A DNA stretch of 64,000 nucleotides from an uncultured Acidobacteriota bacterium (GCA_963779415.1 CAVZYA010000002.1:896001-960000), one strand, 5' to 3'; positions 1 to 9,418 are shown, numbered from the stretch's first letter. Numbers and translations are program-made. The notes: generated from the sequence alone by a model not told the origin.

Positions 1-140
1 TTCTGGGGCGGCCGACGCTCTCGCCGACGATCGGGCTCGTGACCGCAGGCGTCCTCGGCCTGATCGGAACCCTCGCCGGCTATTTCCCGGCACGGCGCGC
101 CGCGTCCATCGATCCGGCGGCGACGCTCCGGTACGAATAG
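1..140 (+). CDS. ABC transporter permease (MacB/FtsX-type), C-terminal fragment, truncated by window start
   Basis: Frame from nt 3 reads ...LIGTLAGYFPARRAASIDPAATLRYE*, the typical P-A-R-R-A-x-x-x-D-P-x-x-x-L-R-x-E end of MacB-family permeases; stop TAG at 138-140. Confidence 0.88.
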   Translation, partial: LGRPTLSPTIGLVTAGVLGLIGTLAGYFPARRAASIDPAATLRYE

Positions 141-149
141 GAGACCCGC

Positions 150-869
150 GTGGCGAAAGACGTCACCCCGGCCCGACCGCACGAAGGCCCGATCATCCGG
201 ATGGAGGAGATCCGGAAGGTCTACGACACGGGAAAAGTGCGGGTCGAGGCGTTGAAGGGGATCGACCTGGTCGTGAACAAGGGAGAGTTCGTGGCGGTCG
301 TGGGGCCGTCGGGCTCGGGAAAGTCGACGCTCATGAACCTCATCGGCTGCCTCGACACGCCGACCGAGGGGGACTACTTCCTCGCGGGGGAGAAGGTGGC
401 GGGCCTCTCGCGCGACCAGCTCGCCGACGTGAGGAACCGCCGGGTCGGCTTCGTCTTCCAGTCCTTCAACCTGCTGCCGCAGATCTCTTCGCTCGAGAAC
501 GTCGAGATGCCGCTCCTCTTCGGGGGCGTTCCGCCGAAGAAGCGGAGGGAGCGGGCGGCCGAGATGCTCTCGAAGGTGGGCCTCGCCGACCGGATGGACC
601 ACAAGCCGACGGAGCTGTCCGGAGGCCAGATGCAGCGCGTCGCGATCGCGCGCGCCATGGCGATGAACCCCGACATCCTCCTCGCCGACGAGCCGACCGG
701 AAACCTCGACTCGACGTCGGGCGGCGACATCATGAGCGTCTTTTCGGACCTCTGGAAAACGGGAAGCACGCTCATCGTCATCACGCACGACGCGACCCTC
801 GCGCGGCGCGCCTCGCGGATCGTCGAGATCCGGGACGGGAGGATAGAGAGGGGGGACCGGGGGGAATAG
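150..869 (+). CDS. ABC transporter ATP-binding protein (MacB/LolD-like)
   Basis: Walker A GPSGSGKST, signature LSGGQMQR, Walker B ILLADEPTGNLD, H-loop ITHD. Confidence 0.95.
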   Translation: MAKDVTPARPHEGPIIRMEEIRKVYDTGKVRVEALKGIDLVVNKGEFVAVVGPSGSGKSTLMNLIGCLDTPTEGDYFLAGEKVAGLSRDQLADVRNRRVGFVFQSFNLLPQISSLENVEMPLLFGGVPPKKRRERAAEMLSKVGLADRMDHKPTELSGGQMQRVAIARAMAMNPDILLADEPTGNLDSTSGGDIMSVFSDLWKTGSTLIVITHDATLARRASRIVEIRDGRIERGDRGE

Positions 870-875
870 GGGGTC

Positions 876-895
876 CGGGGGGCCAAAGCCCCCCG
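876..895 (+). terminator. GC-rich hairpin (possible terminator or REP-like palindrome)
   Basis: CGGGGGGC-CAAA-GCCCCCCG, a perfect 8-bp stem right after the ABC ATPase stop; no U-tract. Confidence 0.45.
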
Positions 896-899
896 CCAA

Positions 900-1988
900 T
901 TGAGTTCTCCTCTTCGCATCCGTAGAATACGAAAGCAGGAGACACCCGAGATCCGACCCGACGCCATCCCGCTCACCCTGCCGGAATCCGGGCTCGGCGC
1001 TCTCTTTGGTGTTCACGACGAAAATCTCCGGCTCCTCGAAGAGTCTTTCGGCGTCGCGATCACGGCGCGGGGCAGCGAAGTCTTCGTCGCCGGGGACGCC
1101 GAGCCGGCTGCCGCGGCGGCCCGTCTTCTCTCCGAGTTCGGAAAGCTGATCGAGCGCGGCTTCGTCCCGAAGAAGCACGACCTCGCGACCGCCATCCGGA
1201 TCCTGAAGGAGGACCCGGCAGCTTCGCTCGTCGACTTCTTCGAGAACCGGGCGCTCGGGCCGGCGCTACGCCAGGTCGTGACGCCCCGAAACGTTCGGCA
1301 GCAGGAGTACATCGCGGCCATCGCGGAGAACGATCTCGTCTTCGCCATCGGCCCGGCGGGAACGGGGAAGACCTACCTCGCCGTCGCCATGGCCGCCGCC
1401 GCCCTTCTCGAAAAGCGGGTCAAGCGGATCGTCCTCTGCCGCCCGGCGGTCGAGGCGGGCGAAAAGCTCGGCTTCCTTCCCGGCGACCTCGCCGAGAAGG
1501 TGAACCCGTATCTCCGCCCCCTCTACGACGCTCTCTACGACATCCTCGGCTACGACAAGGTCGGCCGGATGCTGGAGCGGAACATCATCGAGGTGGCGCC
1601 GCTCGCCTTCATGCGCGGCCGGACGCTGAACGACGCCTTCGTCATCCTGGACGAGGCGCAGAACACGACCTCTGAGCAGATGAAGATGTTCCTGACGCGG
1701 ATCGGCTTCGGAACGAAGGCGGTCGTGACGGGGGACATCACGCAGATCGACCTCCCGGCCGGGAAGGTCTCGGGGCTGAAGGAGGCCGCGCAGGTCCTCG
1801 CCGGGGTCGAAGCGATGCGCTTCATCCGGTTCGACCAGCGCGACGTCGTCCGGCACCGGATCGTGCAGGCGATCGTGAATGCCTACGAGATCTGGGAGGC
1901 CAGCCGCCCCGAAGCGGAGCCGAACGGCAACGGCCACGGTGCGGCGAATGGAAACGGAAACGGGAAGAAGAACGGGCATACGGAGTAG
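900..1988 (+). CDS. phoH: PhoH family ATPase with N-terminal KH-like domain
   Basis: GPAGTGKTYLAV, RPAVEAGEKLGFLPG, PLAFMRGRT, DEAQN, GDITQIDL; start codon uncertain. Confidence 0.95.
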   Translation: MSSPLRIRRIRKQETPEIRPDAIPLTLPESGLGALFGVHDENLRLLEESFGVAITARGSEVFVAGDAEPAAAAARLLSEFGKLIERGFVPKKHDLATAIRILKEDPAASLVDFFENRALGPALRQVVTPRNVRQQEYIAAIAENDLVFAIGPAGTGKTYLAVAMAAAALLEKRVKRIVLCRPAVEAGEKLGFLPGDLAEKVNPYLRPLYDALYDILGYDKVGRMLERNIIEVAPLAFMRGRTLNDAFVILDEAQNTTSEQMKMFLTRIGFGTKAVVTGDITQIDLPAGKVSGLKEAAQVLAGVEAMRFIRFDQRDVVRHRIVQAIVNAYEIWEASRPEAEPNGNGHGAANGNGNGKKNGHTE

Positions 1989-2439
1989 GCGGACGACCCC
2001 GTCCGCCCTTTCGATCCAGCGCTGGCTCTCGCGGCTCCTCCCCGAAGCCGGCGTCGAAGGTGCCGAGGTGACGGTCCTTCTCTGCGGGGACGTCCGGATG
2101 CGCCGGCTGAACCGCGAATGGCGTGGCGAGGACCTGCCGACGGACGTCCTCTCGTTCTCTCCGCTCCCCGATCCGCCCCGCCCCCCCCGGCGGCTCGCGC
2201 AGGGCGGCACGCTCGGCGAGATCGTCGTCGACGTCCCGTACGCGGCCCGGCAGGCGAGGCGCCGCGGGCACTCCCTCTCGCGAGAGGTGCAGATCCTTCT
2301 TGCGCACGGCGTCCTTCATCTCCTCGGCTTCGACCACGAGCGGGACGGCGGGACGATGTTCCGGCGGCAAGCACGGCTCGTCCGGGCCGCATTCGGACCC
2401 GGGCCCGACGGCGTCCCGCGGGAGGAGGCACGGCGATGA
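1948..2439 (+). CDS. ybeY: rRNA maturation endoribonuclease YbeY
   Basis: LNREWRGEDLPTDVLSF, LGEIVV, HGVLHLLGFDHE (H3xH5xH motif); canonical phoH-ybeY-era synteny; start uncertain (ATG 1948 overlaps the phoH end). Confidence 0.9.
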   Translation: METETGRRTGIRSRRTTPSALSIQRWLSRLLPEAGVEGAEVTVLLCGDVRMRRLNREWRGEDLPTDVLSFSPLPDPPRPPRRLAQGGTLGEIVVDVPYAARQARRRGHSLSREVQILLAHGVLHLLGFDHERDGGTMFRRQARLVRAAFGPGPDGVPREEARR

Positions 2440-3332
2440 AGACGGAGCGGCGCCGCTCGGGGACGGTCGCCATCGCGGGACGCCCGAACGCCGGAAAGTC
2501 GACGCTCGTCAACGCCCTCGTGGGGAGGAAGGTCGCCATCGTCTCGGACAAGCCGCAGACGACGCGCCGCCGCGTCCTCGGCATCCGGTCGACCTCCGAG
2601 GGACAGATCGTCTTCGTCGACACGCCGGGGCTCCACAAGCCGCTCCACCGGCTGAACAAGTTGATGATGGACGAGGCGCTCGAGGCGATCCGGGAGGTGG
2701 ACCTACGCGTTCTCGTCGTGGACGTCTCGGTCCCGGAGGGAAACGGGGACCGCTGGACGGCCGAGCTCTTCGCGAAAGGGCCGCGTCCGAACATCGTCCT
2801 TCTGAACAAGATCGACGGCCTCGCCGAGAAGACGGCGCTCCTTCCCCGGATGGCGTCGCTCGCGGCGTCTTCCGCCTTCGAGGAGATCGTGCCGGTCTCG
2901 GCGCTGACGGGCGAAGGGCTCGCGGAGCTTCCGGCGCTTTTTCTTCGCTATCTCCCCGAGGGGGACGATCTCTACCCGCCGGAGACGCTGACGACGACCG
3001 ACGAAAAGACGCGCTGGGCGGAGATCATCCGGGAGAAGTTCCTCGAGAGGGCCCGCGAAGAGATCCCTTACGGGCTCGGCGTCGTCGTGGATGACGTCGG
3101 GCGGGACGAGGCGAAGAACCTGACGGTCGTGATGGCGACGGTCGTCGTGGACAAGGAAAGCCACCGGAGAATCGTGATCGGAGCCGGGGGGCGTGCCCTG
3201 CGCGATTCCGGAGCGGCGGCCCGGCGCGAACTGGAGCAGACTTTCGGCGGCCGTTTCTTCCTCGACCTGACCGTCGCGGCCCGCCCCGGATGGCGGGAAG
3301 ACGCCCGGTTCGTGGCCTCGCTGACGAGCTGA
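2436..3332 (+). CDS. era: GTPase Era
   Basis: GRPNAGKSTL, KPQTTR, DTPG, NKID and C-terminal KH (EEIPY, IVIGAGG); ATGA overlap with the ybeY stop. Confidence 0.95.
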   Translation: MKTERRRSGTVAIAGRPNAGKSTLVNALVGRKVAIVSDKPQTTRRRVLGIRSTSEGQIVFVDTPGLHKPLHRLNKLMMDEALEAIREVDLRVLVVDVSVPEGNGDRWTAELFAKGPRPNIVLLNKIDGLAEKTALLPRMASLAASSAFEEIVPVSALTGEGLAELPALFLRYLPEGDDLYPPETLTTTDEKTRWAEIIREKFLERAREEIPYGLGVVVDDVGRDEAKNLTVVMATVVVDKESHRRIVIGAGGRALRDSGAAARRELEQTFGGRFFLDLTVAARPGWREDARFVASLTS

Positions 3333-3402
3333 CCCGGACCGGACTTGACGTCTCTCGCCCCCCGGACTAAGTTGAAGGTGCCCTCCCCGAGGGCACAGGC
3401 AG

Positions 3403-3801
3403 ATGACACCGATGGGAGTCTCCCGACCGGATAGGCGTCGTTCTCCGCGCGTTTTGGCCGACGAAGCCAGCCGTGGCCAGCTCAAGGCCACGATTCCGGT
3501 CACGATCCGGAATCTCTCGGCCGAGGGTCTCCTCATGGAGCTTCACTCCCCGCTCCGTCCGGGGATGACCTACGACCTCGAGGCACATTTCCCACGCACG
3601 GCGTTTGCCTCCATCGTCAGGATAACCCGCTGCCGGACAGCCGGATACACGGACGACGGCCGCGGCGGGCGATGCCTTCTCTTCTGCGCCGGGGCCGAGT
3701 TCGTAGGTCTCTCGCCCGCGCAATGCGAGACCGTCGCGCGGGTCCTGGATTCGGGCGGAGGGGCCGGCGAAGGCGCGCCGGCGTTTCTTCAGCGCGGCTG
3801 A
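3403..3801 (+). CDS. PilZ domain protein (c-di-GMP binding)
   Basis: DRRRSPR (RxxxR) and NLSAEG ((D/N)xSxxG) motifs; C-terminal GAEF beta-strand. Confidence 0.75.
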   Translation: MTPMGVSRPDRRRSPRVLADEASRGQLKATIPVTIRNLSAEGLLMELHSPLRPGMTYDLEAHFPRTAFASIVRITRCRTAGYTDDGRGGRCLLFCAGAEFVGLSPAQCETVARVLDSGGGAGEGAPAFLQRG

Positions 3802-3813
3802 GATCGACGGCGT

Positions 3814-5136
3814 TCAGCCGCCTGGCGTTCCCTCCTCGGAGAGGATCCTCCGAAGAGAGTCCCAACGGCGCTGCATCTCTTCCGCCCGGGCCTGAAGCGA
3901 ATCCTCGCGGCATCGGCTCTCGGCGAGAGCGCTTCGAAGCAACGAGATCTCCTCTTCGAGAGCCGTAAGGCGGGCTCCGAACCGGACTTCCGCTTCATCG
4001 TGCCCGGTTTCTGCAGTGGGGAGGGGAGGCGGGGATGGCAGCTCCGTGGTTCCCGCCGGCCCTGACGGCTCAACGGCGACGGCTTCGGGAGTCGACGCCG
4101 GCAGCTCTTCCGGCGGGAAAAGCGGAGGGAGCGATCTCGGCGTCGGGATCGCACGCGTCGTCGCGAGATCGGCCTCGGTCGGCAGCTCGCTCGTCGCGAG
4201 CGATGAGTCGAGCGGGGGCTCATCGTCGAAGCCGGGCCCGGCGTCGTCCGACGTCGGCTCCCAACCTTCGGAATCCTCTTCGAGGCCGAGGACTTCGAAC
4301 GCCATGGAAGGAGGAAGCCCGGGCGAGACCGGGAGAAGCTCGGCCTCGGCGGCGGCCGGTTCGGTCCCGGCGGAGACCGGCTCCAGCTCCGGCTCCTCGA
4401 ATACGGCCGACGGCTCGTGAAGGACCGGGGGTGCCATCTCGGCCTGGGCGAAGACCATCTCCGGCGCCTCCGACGCGAGAGCCGGCGCGACCTCCGTGGC
4501 GGCGACGAGCGCCGCGGCCGCGGTCTCGTTCACGCCTGGATCCCCTTTCTGGAGGCGGCGGAGGAGATCCACGAACGTCAACTTCGAGACGAGGCGGAAC
4601 GTCTCGACGATTCCGGCCCCTTCCGTAGCGGACGCCTCGACGAAAGGGTAGGCGGCCAGGTCGAGCGATTCCTGCAGCGTGGCGACGGAAAGGGAGGCCG
4701 GAAGGTCTCGCTTGTTGTACTGGATGACGATGGGAATCCCCTCGAGGGAGGTCCTTTCCCCACGAAGGTTCTCGCGAAGGTTCTGGAACGACTCGAGATT
4801 GTGGGAGAGCATCGCCGGTTGCGAGTCGACGACGAAGACGACGCCGTCCACGCCGCGCAGGACGATCTTTCTCGTCTCGTTGTAGAAGACCTGCCCGGGC
4901 ACGGTGCAGAGCTGGAACCGGACCGTGTACCCCTTGATATTCCCGAGCTCCACCGGGAGGAGGTCGAAGTAGATCGTCCGGTCCTGCGCGGTCGAGAGCG
5001 AGAGGAGTTTCCCCTTCGCGGCGTGGTCGAGCTTCGCGTGCAGGGTGCGGAGGTTCGTCGTCTTTCCGCCGAGGGCGGGGCCGTAGTAGACGATCTTCGC
5101 GGTCAGCTCCCGCGTCGTGTGGTTGAAGAGGGCCAC
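3814..5136 (-). CDS. mglA: MglA-family small GTPase with long acidic/Pro-rich linker and C-terminal coiled coil
   Basis: KIVYYGPALGGKTTNL, DRTIYFDLLP, TVPGQVFYN, GVDGVVFVVDSQ, QYNKRDL in the first ~190 aa; then an E/P/A-rich region and a heptad-like tail. Confidence 0.85.
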   Translation of the reverse strand: MALFNHTTRELTAKIVYYGPALGGKTTNLRTLHAKLDHAAKGKLLSLSTAQDRTIYFDLLPVELGNIKGYTVRFQLCTVPGQVFYNETRKIVLRGVDGVVFVVDSQPAMLSHNLESFQNLRENLRGERTSLEGIPIVIQYNKRDLPASLSVATLQESLDLAAYPFVEASATEGAGIVETFRLVSKLTFVDLLRRLQKGDPGVNETAAAALVAATEVAPALASEAPEMVFAQAEMAPPVLHEPSAVFEEPELEPVSAGTEPAAAEAELLPVSPGLPPSMAFEVLGLEEDSEGWEPTSDDAGPGFDDEPPLDSSLATSELPTEADLATTRAIPTPRSLPPLFPPEELPASTPEAVAVEPSGPAGTTELPSPPPLPTAETGHDEAEVRFGARLTALEEEISLLRSALAESRCREDSLQARAEEMQRRWDSLRRILSEEGTPGG

Positions 5137-5169
5137 GCGCCCTCAGTATAGGACGGGTAACCTAGGGGG

Positions 5170-6021
5170 ATGGGACGGGAACCCCGGGAACGCCTTCGGT
5201 CGACGACCCTCGCGGGTCTCCCCGTCTCCGGGGTTTCGGTCGCCGGGCGCGAGAGCTGGTTTCACTTCCCGACGCTCCGGCTCGCGTTCGATCTCGGGCG
5301 CGCCCCGACCGAGCTCGTGCCGGTCTCCAATCTCTTCCTCTCGCACGCCCATCTCGACCACGCGGCGGGGCTGGCCTGGTGGTGCTCGCAGCGGCGGCTC
5401 CAGCGGATGCCCGGGGGCATCGCGCGGACGCATGCCGATGCCGTTCCACTCTGGCGCGAGATCCTCGCCCTTCATGAGCGGCTCGAAGGGGTCGTGTACG
5501 ACGCGCGCGTCGAGGGGATGGAGCCTGGTGTCCCGCTCTTTCTCCGACGAGACCTGTTCGTGACGGCTTTTCCGGTCGATCACCGCGTCCCGACGCTCGG
5601 GTTCCTCGCGTCGGAGGTGAAGCGAAAGCTCCTTCCCGCGTTCGAAGGGCACGGATCGGAGGAGGTCCGGGAGGCGGCGGCGCGCGGCGAGGCGGTCGCG
5701 CGCGAGGTCGCGACCCCCCTCGTCGCCTATTCGGGGGATACGGCCGAGGGCTTCTTCGACCTCGCCCCGCCGGAAGTCTTCCGGGCGAAGCTGCTTCTTC
5801 TCGAATGCTCTTTCGTCGAGGAGCGGGACCGTGACCGATCTCGCGCCTGGAAGCACCTCCACCTGGCCGAGATCGCGGAACGGGCGGAGCGGTTCGAGAA
5901 CGAGGTTCTCGTCCTGACCCACCTCACGGTCCGGACGACGCCGGAAGCAATCCGGAGAGAGATCGCCCGCCGCCTCCCCGCCCGCCTCGCCGCGCGGACG
6001 GTGGCGTTCCTGCCGGAGTGA
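5170..6021 (+). CDS. MBL-fold metallo-hydrolase, RNase Z-like
   Basis: SHAHLDH (HxHxDH), DHRVPTLG, YSGDT, LLECSF, LTH motifs. Confidence 0.8.
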   Translation: MGREPRERLRSTTLAGLPVSGVSVAGRESWFHFPTLRLAFDLGRAPTELVPVSNLFLSHAHLDHAAGLAWWCSQRRLQRMPGGIARTHADAVPLWREILALHERLEGVVYDARVEGMEPGVPLFLRRDLFVTAFPVDHRVPTLGFLASEVKRKLLPAFEGHGSEEVREAAARGEAVAREVATPLVAYSGDTAEGFFDLAPPEVFRAKLLLLECSFVEERDRDRSRAWKHLHLAEIAERAERFENEVLVLTHLTVRTTPEAIRREIARRLPARLAARTVAFLPE

Positions 6022-6034
6022 GCCCGGTCGCGCT

Positions 6035-6430
6035 CTAGAGGTCGTAGTAGAGCTCGATCTCGTACGGGTGTGGGCGGTTCCGGACCTCGCGATCCTCCTC
6101 CCGCTTCTTCGCGATCCAGCGCGGGATCAGCTCCTCGGGGAAGGGGTCGAGGACGCCGGTCGCGAGGTCGGGGACGAGGACGAGATCTCCCGACTTGACG
6201 GATCGGAGCCCGACGGAGGAGCCGTCGATCCCGACGCCGTCCTCCATCAGGACGGGCGTGAACCGCTCGGCCGGAAGGGTGACGTGCCGCCAGCGCCCGG
6301 CGAGGTCGCAGAACTTGAGATCGACTATCGTGACCCGGCGCTCGCGCGCGAACGCGGCGGCTTCCTCGAAGCAGTGGATCCTGGCAGCACGCTCCGCCTC
6401 GAGCCTACCGGCCGCTCCAGGGTCGGGCAT
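6035..6430 (-). pseudogene. glnA: Internally deleted glutamine synthetase type I (N-terminal domain fused in frame to C-terminal tail); pseudogene or mini-protein
   Basis: N-terminal GS motifs VDLKFCDLAGRWRHVT, GIDGSSV, DLVLVPDLAT..DPF are joined directly to C-terminal GS-like FPEELI..WIAKKREE..VRNRPHPYEIELYYDL; the catalytic domain is absent. Confidence 0.85.
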
Positions 6431-6523
6431 CGGCCGTTTGCGTCAGCGGGATCGGGGCGGGGGCATCACCATAGGACCGAGCGTCGAGGCTCCGATCACA
6501 GAGGCCGGGCACCGCGACGTCGA

Positions 6524-6551
6524 TTGCGGAGGCGATCACGCTCTGTATAAT
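6524..6551 (+). promoter_or_regulatory. Putative sigma70-type promoter
   Basis: TTGCGG-16 nt-TATAAT about 35 nt upstream of the 6586 ORF. Confidence 0.5.
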
Positions 6552-6585
6552 CCACGCCCGTGTCCGAGTCGTCGGAGGACGCTCT

Positions 6586-7110
6586 TTGGCTGTGAACAGG
6601 CGAACGTCATCCCGTCTCTCGTTGGTTCTCGTGGTGGCCCTCGGGGCCGCGTGCGGATCTGTCGGCTGTGGAAGAAGCCCCGCCGAGACGGCACGGCCCG
6701 AGCCTCCCCGCATCCCGCCCCCTCTTCCTCAGGCGGGCTTCCGGGCCGAGATCTCCGTCGCGAAACCTCCTACGAAGCTCAAGGCGAACGAATCAGTCGT
6801 CCTGGACGTGACGGTGAAGAACCTCGGCGACACGCCCTGGCCACACCAGGGGGGGCCGGGAGCCGCCAACGGCGTTCTCCTCTCCTACCACTGGCTGCAG
6901 CCCGGCGCTCCGCTTCCGGTCGCGGATGGCGTCCGGACGAACCTCCCCGCCGACCTCGCCCCGGGCGCCACGGTCGCGCTTCGCGCTACGGTCAAGGCAC
7001 CCGACAAGTCAGGCACCTACATCCTGGAGTTCGACATGGTCCAGGAGGCGGTCACCTGGTTCAAGGCGCAGGGCTCGAAGACCGTTCGCTGCGACGTCAC
7101 GGTCGAGTAG
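6586..7110 (+). CDS. Putative lipoprotein with Ig-like domain
   Basis: Signal peptide with Cys (VVALGAAC); beta-rich domain VTVKNLGDTPW..LSYHW..DLAPG..APDKSGTYILEFDMVQEAVTWF. Confidence 0.7.
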   Translation: MAVNRRTSSRLSLVLVVALGAACGSVGCGRSPAETARPEPPRIPPPLPQAGFRAEISVAKPPTKLKANESVVLDVTVKNLGDTPWPHQGGPGAANGVLLSYHWLQPGAPLPVADGVRTNLPADLAPGATVALRATVKAPDKSGTYILEFDMVQEAVTWFKAQGSKTVRCDVTVE

Positions 7111-7160
7111 CCGGAGGGGAGCGCCGCGCTCTCGCCCGCCGGGCCTGAGGGCGGTCCATG

Positions 7161-8099
7161 TCAGGCGGCGAGCGCGCGCGTCGGGCGCGCGAGAATCACG
7201 GCAGAGTCGAACCTTCCGGTGATGCGAATGGTCGCCGCGAGGACCTCGCCGCCGATCCCCGCCAGGGTTCTGACGAGCGGACGAGTCACGCCGATCCTCT
7301 GCCTGAGGTAATCCGGTTCGAAATCGGGGTCTCCGATCCGTTCGACGACGGAGAGACCCGCCGAATTCAGGAGCTTCTCGGCGGAGGAAGGGGAGAAGTA
7401 GTTGAGGTGCGGAGGCCAGGTCCCCATCTGGTAGAGCTGACGAAGGGTGCCCGGGGCCCCGAGGCGGCTGAGAACCGTTGCGGCGCCAAAAAGGAGGCCC
7501 GCGACAGGCACTTTCATGACGACGATCTCGAGTTCCTTTCCGCACGCGCTCACGATGCTCCGAAGGCCGGCCTGGAGCTGTTCGGGCGGAAAATGCTCGA
7601 GGACGTCCAGGAAGCTGATGACGCGTGGGCGGAACGAGAGCCGCGACAGAACCTCGGCTCCGTCCTCCTTCTCCGGGAGGCGATGGGCTTCGATCCCGGA
7701 TTCTCTCAGGCGTTCCACGGAGACGTCCGACGTGTCCACGCCGGCGACGGGAGCGACTCCCGCTGATTGGCAGGCGTCCAGAAACCATCCCCTCCCGGCG
7801 CCGTAGTCGACGACGCCGGAGAGGTTCGGGACGTGCCGTCGAAGGAGCTCGATGAGGCGTCCCGCTTGCCGGACTCTCGTCGCCCGAAGTGCTTCGAGAA
7901 AGGCGCCGTCGTCGTATTGCCGGTGGTAATCGATGCCGGGGCCTCTCCCCCGTTCGTGAATCGCGACGCGATGGCGGCAGGCGCGACATCGGACGACGAC
8001 GAGGCCGCGAGGCGGGATCGATCGGCCGAGGCTCCTCCCGTCGCAGATCGGGCACCGTCCGGAAGGACCGGGCTCCGGGCGGCTCGTTCCCTCCGGCAC
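7161..8099 (-). CDS. Class I SAM-dependent methyltransferase with N-terminal Zn-ribbon
   Basis: CPIC..CRAC, VVDYGAGRGWFL (motif I), DVLEH, PPHLNYFS; start taken as GTG 8099 just after the GT2 stop. Confidence 0.85.
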   Translation of the reverse strand: MPEGTSRPEPGPSGRCPICDGRSLGRSIPPRGLVVVRCRACRHRVAIHERGRGPGIDYHRQYDDGAFLEALRATRVRQAGRLIELLRRHVPNLSGVVDYGAGRGWFLDACQSAGVAPVAGVDTSDVSVERLRESGIEAHRLPEKEDGAEVLSRLSFRPRVISFLDVLEHFPPEQLQAGLRSIVSACGKELEIVVMKVPVAGLLFGAATVLSRLGAPGTLRQLYQMGTWPPHLNYFSPSSAEKLLNSAGLSVVERIGDPDFEPDYLRQRIGVTRPLVRTLAGIGGEVLAATIRITGRFDSAVILARPTRALAA

Positions 8100-8107
8100 G
8101 GCGCGCG

Positions 8108-9100
8108 TCAACGTTGCGGCCGGCCGGGCTCGTTCTGTATGTCGAGAACGATCGCCTGCAGAAGGAGCTGGAACGCGAGGATGATCGCGAGCGTCCCGAT
8201 CATGACGGTACCCGTCGAGGCCACGACCTTCGTGACGACCGAAAGGTACCAGTGGTAGGCGGACCAGAGGACGCCGAAGACCATGAGGGGAACGCCGGCC
8301 GAGATGAAGACGGAGACGACGGTGAAATCGCGGAGGAAGTAGGCGAATCCGATCCGGCTCACCATCCGCCCGAAGAGCCGCCACGAGAACTCGAAGAGAG
8401 AGCGCCCCGGGCTCAGGGAGCTGATCTCGTCGCCGTAGCGAGGGTGCATCGCCACGTCGACGACGACGCCCCCGGCGCGATACGACTCGCAGAGCAGGCT
8501 GATCTCGAAGAAGTAGCGGTCGGCGAGCCGGGGGCGCCGGATCTCCCGGAGGAGATCGCCCGTGATGGCGATGTAGCCGTTGCAGGGATCGAAGAGGCTC
8601 CAGTAGCCCGAGGCCGCCTTCACGAGAAAGGAAAGGGCGAGGTTGCCGATTCTCCGGAGCGGGGGCATGGCGCTGATGACGGCGAGGTCCGCGAAGCGGT
8701 TTCCCTTGGCGAAGTCCGCCCGGCCCTCGAGGAGAGGAGCGACGAAGGTGGGAATCAGCGAGGGGTCCATCTGGCCGTCGCTGTCGATCTTCACCACGAT
8801 GTCGGCTCCGAGCTGGAGGGCACGGTCGTAGCCGGTCTTCATCGCGCCGCCGACGCCGCGATTGGTCTCGTGGGTCACGAGGAGAACGCGAGGGTCTCCG
8901 ATCCCGGAGACGGCGGCGCCCACGGCGTCCGGGGACGCATCGTCCACGACGATCACGTGTCGGACGCTCGCGGGGATCTGTTCGATCACGGTTCGGATCG
9001 AGGAGACGGCCCGGTAGGCGGGAAGGACGACCGCGATCACCGGAACGTGGTCCGGCGGGCCCTCGAGGACCCTGCTGTCGTACGCGCGACGTCCGTACAT
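8108..9100 (-). CDS. Glycosyltransferase family 2 (polyprenol-phosphate glycosyltransferase-like) with two C-terminal TM helices
   Basis: VVLPAY, VVDDASPD, NRGVGGA, KIDSDGQMDP, KGNRF; hydrophobic C-terminus. Confidence 0.9.
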   Translation of the reverse strand: MYGRRAYDSRVLEGPPDHVPVIAVVLPAYRAVSSIRTVIEQIPASVRHVIVVDDASPDAVGAAVSGIGDPRVLLVTHETNRGVGGAMKTGYDRALQLGADIVVKIDSDGQMDPSLIPTFVAPLLEGRADFAKGNRFADLAVISAMPPLRRIGNLALSFLVKAASGYWSLFDPCNGYIAITGDLLREIRRPRLADRYFFEISLLCESYRAGGVVVDVAMHPRYGDEISSLSPGRSLFEFSWRLFGRMVSRIGFAYFLRDFTVVSVFISAGVPLMVFGVLWSAYHWYLSVVTKVVASTGTVMIGTLAIILAFQLLLQAIVLDIQNEPGRPQR

Positions 9101-9205
9101 TTCCGAGAGGATACCGCGGGCTCGATGGCGCCAGCGGGGCCGGAGTTCCGAATGCCCCTCACGTCCTAGAATGCCCGCGCGCCGGGTCAGCGAAAGGGGG
9201 CAAAG

Positions 9206-9418
9206 GTGATGAGCAGGATCTACAAGAAGCTCGAGGTCGTGGGAACGTCTCCGGTCAGCTTCGCCGAGGCGGTGAAGGGCGCCGTTGCGGAGGCGGCGAA
9301 GACCGTCCGCCAGATGGACTGGTTCGAGGTCATCGAGGAACGCGGGCGGATCGAGAACGGGGCCGTCGCCGAGTTCCAGGTGACGATCAAGATCGGGTTC
9401 CGGCTGGACCGTCCGTGA
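9206..9418 (+). CDS. Dodecin (flavin-binding protein)
   Basis: YKKLEVVGTSPVSFAEAV..WFEVIEERGRI..EFQVTIKIGF, about 70 aa. Confidence 0.92.
   Translation: MMSRIYKKLEVVGTSPVSFAEAVKGAVAEAAKTVRQMDWFEVIEERGRIENGAVAEFQVTIKIGFRLDRP

Noticed and set aside
1920-1985. AACGG(A/C) short tandem repeats
   Set aside because: They encode the low-complexity NGNG tail of PhoH; not a CRISPR or regulatory array.
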